Shown here one piece after another: positions 60,235-64,000 of a stretch of DNA of 64,000 nucleotides (position 1 is the stretch's first letter; every line of letters begins with the position of its first letter). The notes below the pieces were generated by a model. That model had not been told where the DNA came from and did no database searches. It saw only the letters and a list, made by a program, of their open reading frames with translations. The DNA is from Anaerolineae bacterium. Lineage in GTDB: Bacteria; Chloroflexota; Anaerolineae; Anaerolineales; UBA11579. Position numbers and translations under genes: made by a program. Where the stretch lies: contig SCUK01000025.1 of NCBI GenBank assembly GCA_004297445.1, forward strand, positions 1,889-65,888, written 5' to 3'.

Positions 60235-62625
60235 ATGCGCACCTGGAACCTCAAGGCCGGCGACCCACTGTGCCTTTCCCTGACCACTGACTGGCGTTTC
60301 ACCGCCATCCACTACGCTGACGACCCCAGCTGGGAAATAACGCTGGGACGCGGCGACCCTGCCGGCATTACCTTAAGCGGCACATTTGGATTGCGCGCCA
60401 ACGGGATGCGAATGCTGCCTCGCTTCACCGAGGGGCCGCGCACAGTGAGCGCTATCGCTGAATTCGATAAGGCGCCGCGCTTGACCGCCTTTGCGCCCAA
60501 CCGGCTTAAGCTGGCCTGTGCGCCCTTCCCCGGCCTTGACGTGATACTCGAATATTGGGCGGCCGGCCCACTCCTGTTAGCAGGACGCGTACAGATTGCC
60601 AACAACGGGGTTACCCGCCGCAGCATGCGGCTGGACTGGGTGGCAATCCTCAACCCGACAGGTGATGATGGGCAGATGATGTCCCCGATTCGGCGCGAGG
60701 CAGCTCATGTGCTGCAGGGGCGGACCGCAGGCCTGTGGCCGGTGCTGTTTTTCACCGGCGGCCCGGTCGGCAGCCGCAGTCCCTACCCGGCTTTAAGCCA
60801 GGAGTTGGATCTGCTGCCCGGCGCGGTGCGCCGATTCACCTGGGCCCTGACCTCGATGGATGACCCCGAAGAAGGCTTCCGGTTGGCGCGGCAAACGGCA
60901 GCCCGCAACTGGGAAGCCGAGATGGCGCGCATCGAAATGATGAATAATTCATCGCTGGACATCACCACCGGCGACCCTGACTGGGATGCCGCTTTTGCCC
61001 TTGGCCAGACACAAGCCCGCCGCCTGTTGATTACAGGCACATCGCACCTGCCCAATCCTTCCATAGTAAGTACGCGCCAACCCGACCAGGGCTATTCGAC
61101 GCGCGGTGATGGCAGTGATTACAACCATCTCTGGAACGGACAGAGCGCGCTGGAAGCATGGTTTCTGCTCCAGAATCTTCTGCCCGGCCAGGCGGACACC
61201 GCTAAAGGGCTGCTGCGAAACTTCCTTGCAGCGCAGGACGCTGGCGGAAAAATCGATGGCAAGCCCGGTCTGGCGGGGCAGCGCAATCGCCTTGCCGCCA
61301 CCCCCCTGCTTGCTGACCTGGCCTGGCGAATCTACGAAGTGTCCGAAGATACATTATTCCTGCGCGAAGTATTCCCCCGTCTGATGGATAGCCTGGAAAC
61401 ATGGTTCAACGAACAGCAGGATCGCGATGGCGACGGCATTCCGGAATGGGACCATCCGGCCCAGACCGGCTTTGACGACAATCCCGCTTTTTCCCACTGG
61501 CACAACTGGGCACAGGGCGCCGACATTCGCACGTTTGAGAGCCCGGATCTGTGCGCGCTACTGGTCAACGAGTGCGAACGCCTTAAAGCGATTGCCGCCG
61601 TACTTGAACGGCCGGAACCGGCCGCAGCGCTGGACGCCCTGGCAGACAACCTACGCGCCGCGCTCAGCAAATCCTGGGACATCCGTGCCTCCACCTACAA
61701 AGCGTGGGACCGCGACAGCCATAACGCCCAGAAAGGCGAAACGCTGGGCAGCCGCAAGGGGTCTGGCCAGGTTTTGCTGGATCTCGTGTTTGACCTGCCT
61801 CAGCGTCTGTTGCTGCGGGCAGATTTGCCAAAGCCCGGCCCGTTGGGCGCAGAAGCGTACGTCCATGGACGGCTGCCCAGCGGCCAGCACCGCGTGGAGA
61901 AACTGGACCGTGGGGCATTTCACTGGCTGCCGGGTCATGGGGCTGCCACCCTGGACCTGCTTCTGGCGGAAGTAGAGCATATACAGGTGGAGAACCTGCC
62001 GGAGAATGCCACCTTCAAAGTCATGGTGGTAGACCACCGGGCAGAAAACCACACCCAGTTCCTGCCGTTCTGGGCCGGCATTCCGAACAAGAAACAGGCG
62101 GCCGCGTTCGTGAAACGCCACCTGCTCGACGCAAGAAACTATGCGCGCCAGTTTGGTCTGCCAGCCCTGCCAAGACCGCCCAAGAAGTCCGGCGCGGAAA
62201 CCCTGGGGGCCGTATGGCTGCCTTGGAATATCATGGCTGCAGAAGGATTGCTCCGCTACGGCTACCGCAAGGAAGCGGCTGAACTGGTAAGCCGCCTGAT
62301 GGCCGGCATCGTCCAGAATCTTAAGCGCGAAGGTGCATTCCGAAGGCATATTCACGCGGACGACGGGCGCGGTCTGGGCGAGCGTGACCACCTGCTGGGC
62401 CTTCCTCCGCTTGACCTGTTCCTCAAAGTGCTGGGCGTGCGGATTGTGTCACCGTGGAAAGTATTGGTTACTGACCTCAACCCGTTCCCCTGGCCGGTGC
62501 GCATCCAGTACAGGGGCCTGATGGTGGATTGCCGGCCCGCGGAGACCATCATCACGTTTCCGGATGGCCAGTCTGCCAGTGTAGAAGAATCCGGCGCGCA
62601 TTGGGTAAGCGTGGACACCTTATGA
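60235..62625 (+). CDS. MGH1/GH63-like (alpha/alpha)6 glycoside hydrolase
   Basis: PLLA.LAWRIY, DRDGDGIPEW, QTGFDDNP, ESPDL.ALL, VWLP.N...EGL.RYG. Confidence 0.68.
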   Translation: MRTWNLKAGDPLCLSLTTDWRFTAIHYADDPSWEITLGRGDPAGITLSGTFGLRANGMRMLPRFTEGPRTVSAIAEFDKAPRLTAFAPNRLKLACAPFPGLDVILEYWAAGPLLLAGRVQIANNGVTRRSMRLDWVAILNPTGDDGQMMSPIRREAAHVLQGRTAGLWPVLFFTGGPVGSRSPYPALSQELDLLPGAVRRFTWALTSMDDPEEGFRLARQTAARNWEAEMARIEMMNNSSLDITTGDPDWDAAFALGQTQARRLLITGTSHLPNPSIVSTRQPDQGYSTRGDGSDYNHLWNGQSALEAWFLLQNLLPGQADTAKGLLRNFLAAQDAGGKIDGKPGLAGQRNRLAATPLLADLAWRIYEVSEDTLFLREVFPRLMDSLETWFNEQQDRDGDGIPEWDHPAQTGFDDNPAFSHWHNWAQGADIRTFESPDLCALLVNECERLKAIAAVLERPEPAAALDALADNLRAALSKSWDIRASTYKAWDRDSHNAQKGETLGSRKGSGQVLLDLVFDLPQRLLLRADLPKPGPLGAEAYVHGRLPSGQHRVEKLDRGAFHWLPGHGAATLDLLLAEVEHIQVENLPENATFKVMVVDHRAENHTQFLPFWAGIPNKKQAAAFVKRHLLDARNYARQFGLPALPRPPKKSGAETLGAVWLPWNIMAAEGLLRYGYRKEAAELVSRLMAGIVQNLKREGAFRRHIHADDGRGLGERDHLLGLPPLDLFLKVLGVRIVSPWKVLVTDLNPFPWPVRIQYRGLMVDCRPAETIITFPDGQSASVEESGAHWVSVDTL

Positions 62626-62729
62626 CGCACGATGCCCGAAAAGACTTGCTCGACATCACCCATTAGCAGGATGCAAAGATTGGGGGGATTCAGATAAACT
62701 CGGATTCAGGACGAACTCGAGAGGATAGT

Positions 62730-63962
62730 ATGAACAAGCCAATTCCAGCGATCTTTTCCATCATTGCTTTGTCACTGGCCGCCCTGGCCTGCAGCATCGG
62801 CAGCACGGCCAGTGACTCGCCAACCGACCCCAATGCCGTTGCCACTTCTGTCGCTGCTACCGTGCAGGTGGAACTTGCGGGCGGAATTCCAACCAGCAGC
62901 GCACCGACCGTCTCACCTGATGATGCCGCTGCGGATCTCCTTCCCCATGCCGTTTACTTCCTAAGCGACACCAGTGGCACCATGCAACTGTGGCGGCTGG
63001 AGCGCGACAGCATCACCCTCCAACAGCTCACTTTCGAAGCCACTCCGGTGGATGACTTCGCCATCTCTCCTGTCACAGAGGAAATCGCTTATCTGACCAA
63101 CAACCAGATAATCACAATCCGCATTGATGGCAGAGAACGCGCCTTAATAGTGGATGGCGGACCGGTAGCCGAGACCGAGCAATACTATCGTTACGAGAAG
63201 ATCTATTCGTTGGCATGGTCCCCGAATGGGCGCACGCTGGCCTACAGCCGCGGCGGGCTTGCGCTTTACTCCGTCCTGAAAGGCACCAGCCGCGTGGTTC
63301 TGGTTAATGAAACCAATGATGTCGGCGGCGGAATTCTTATCGCCGAAAAACTCTATTTTCCGGAACGCTGGTCGCCGGATGGAAGCAAATTACTGGTGAC
63401 GCAAGCTTTTTACGAAGGAAGTACGCTGGGTGTGTGGGATATGGCCACTGAAAGCTATGCCCAGTTGCAGAGCGATTTCATGGCCTGCTGCTTCACCTCC
63501 TGGTCCCCGGACAGCCGCACCATCTGGGTCGCCAGCCCGTACATCGGCCTGATTGACCCCGGGCTGTGGCGCTTTGATGCCAGCAGCGGCATCCAGACCG
63601 AATTACTGGCCGCCCAGGCCGCCGATGGCACATTCAACTTTGCCAGTTTCCCGTTTGAGGTTGGCACAGACCTGCTGTACTTCTTCGCCAATACGCCCAC
63701 CTTCCCGGACGGCAATGTGCCACTGACACTGGTGCGCGCTCCGCTGGGTGACATTAATTCCCGTACCGCGTTGCGGCCGGAAACCTGGATTCTGAACGAT
63801 GCTTTATGGGCGCCGGATGGCAGCCTGGTACTCGGCATCCAACCCACGCCCACGGAGTTCGGCACCAGCTACCCGGCCGGCACGCTGGTGTTGATTCCGG
63901 CGGATGGTTCGCCCAGTCGGCCGCTGGCTTCTTCCGCTTACAATCCCGCATGGGGGCCGTAA
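62730..63962 (+). CDS. Lipoprotein with TolB-like beta-propeller
   Basis: Lipobox ALAC; WSPNG, WSPDG, WSPDS, WAPDG repeats. Confidence 0.8.
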   Translation: MNKPIPAIFSIIALSLAALACSIGSTASDSPTDPNAVATSVAATVQVELAGGIPTSSAPTVSPDDAAADLLPHAVYFLSDTSGTMQLWRLERDSITLQQLTFEATPVDDFAISPVTEEIAYLTNNQIITIRIDGRERALIVDGGPVAETEQYYRYEKIYSLAWSPNGRTLAYSRGGLALYSVLKGTSRVVLVNETNDVGGGILIAEKLYFPERWSPDGSKLLVTQAFYEGSTLGVWDMATESYAQLQSDFMACCFTSWSPDSRTIWVASPYIGLIDPGLWRFDASSGIQTELLAAQAADGTFNFASFPFEVGTDLLYFFANTPTFPDGNVPLTLVRAPLGDINSRTALRPETWILNDALWAPDGSLVLGIQPTPTEFGTSYPAGTLVLIPADGSPSRPLASSAYNPAWGP

Positions 63963-64000
63963 GATATGTTGGGCTGTAATGAGATTCTCGAAAATTTCAG

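Overview
GC-rich bacterial chromosomal window; gene content and style (Anaerolineae-type lipoproteins, TIGR03663-NHL protein, split fab cluster) suggest Chloroflexota, which is an inference. It is mostly housekeeping: smc (partial), rnc, two fabF, moaC and a moaD-moaE fusion, ftsY, frameshifted prfB, rpmF, fabD, fabG, asp23-like, nusB, tatBC, nnr, an SCP2/AOR operon, arsR-arsC fusion plus acr3, tRNA-Leu(GAG), plsX, an ABC-F ATPase, a class II aldolase, sucCD, rluB/scpB, a class A PBP, a CDF transporter and several lipoproteins. Two items stand out. (1) A ~305-bp non-coding IS200/IS605-type element at 17774-~18080 has no tnpA or intact tnpB but keeps both end hairpins, a possible internal promoter and a TnpB omega/reRNA-like 3' tail; it sits between the promoter and start codon of a DUF948-YtxH pair, and its predicted guide reads that promoter. 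(2) A tandem array of three secreted 12-Cys paralogs at 37369-40402 has a constant framework with variable segments, separate promoters and terminators, and an upstream motif shared by two copies. No CRISPR array, rRNA or intact transposase was seen. All family assignments come from motif recognition by eye, not database searches.
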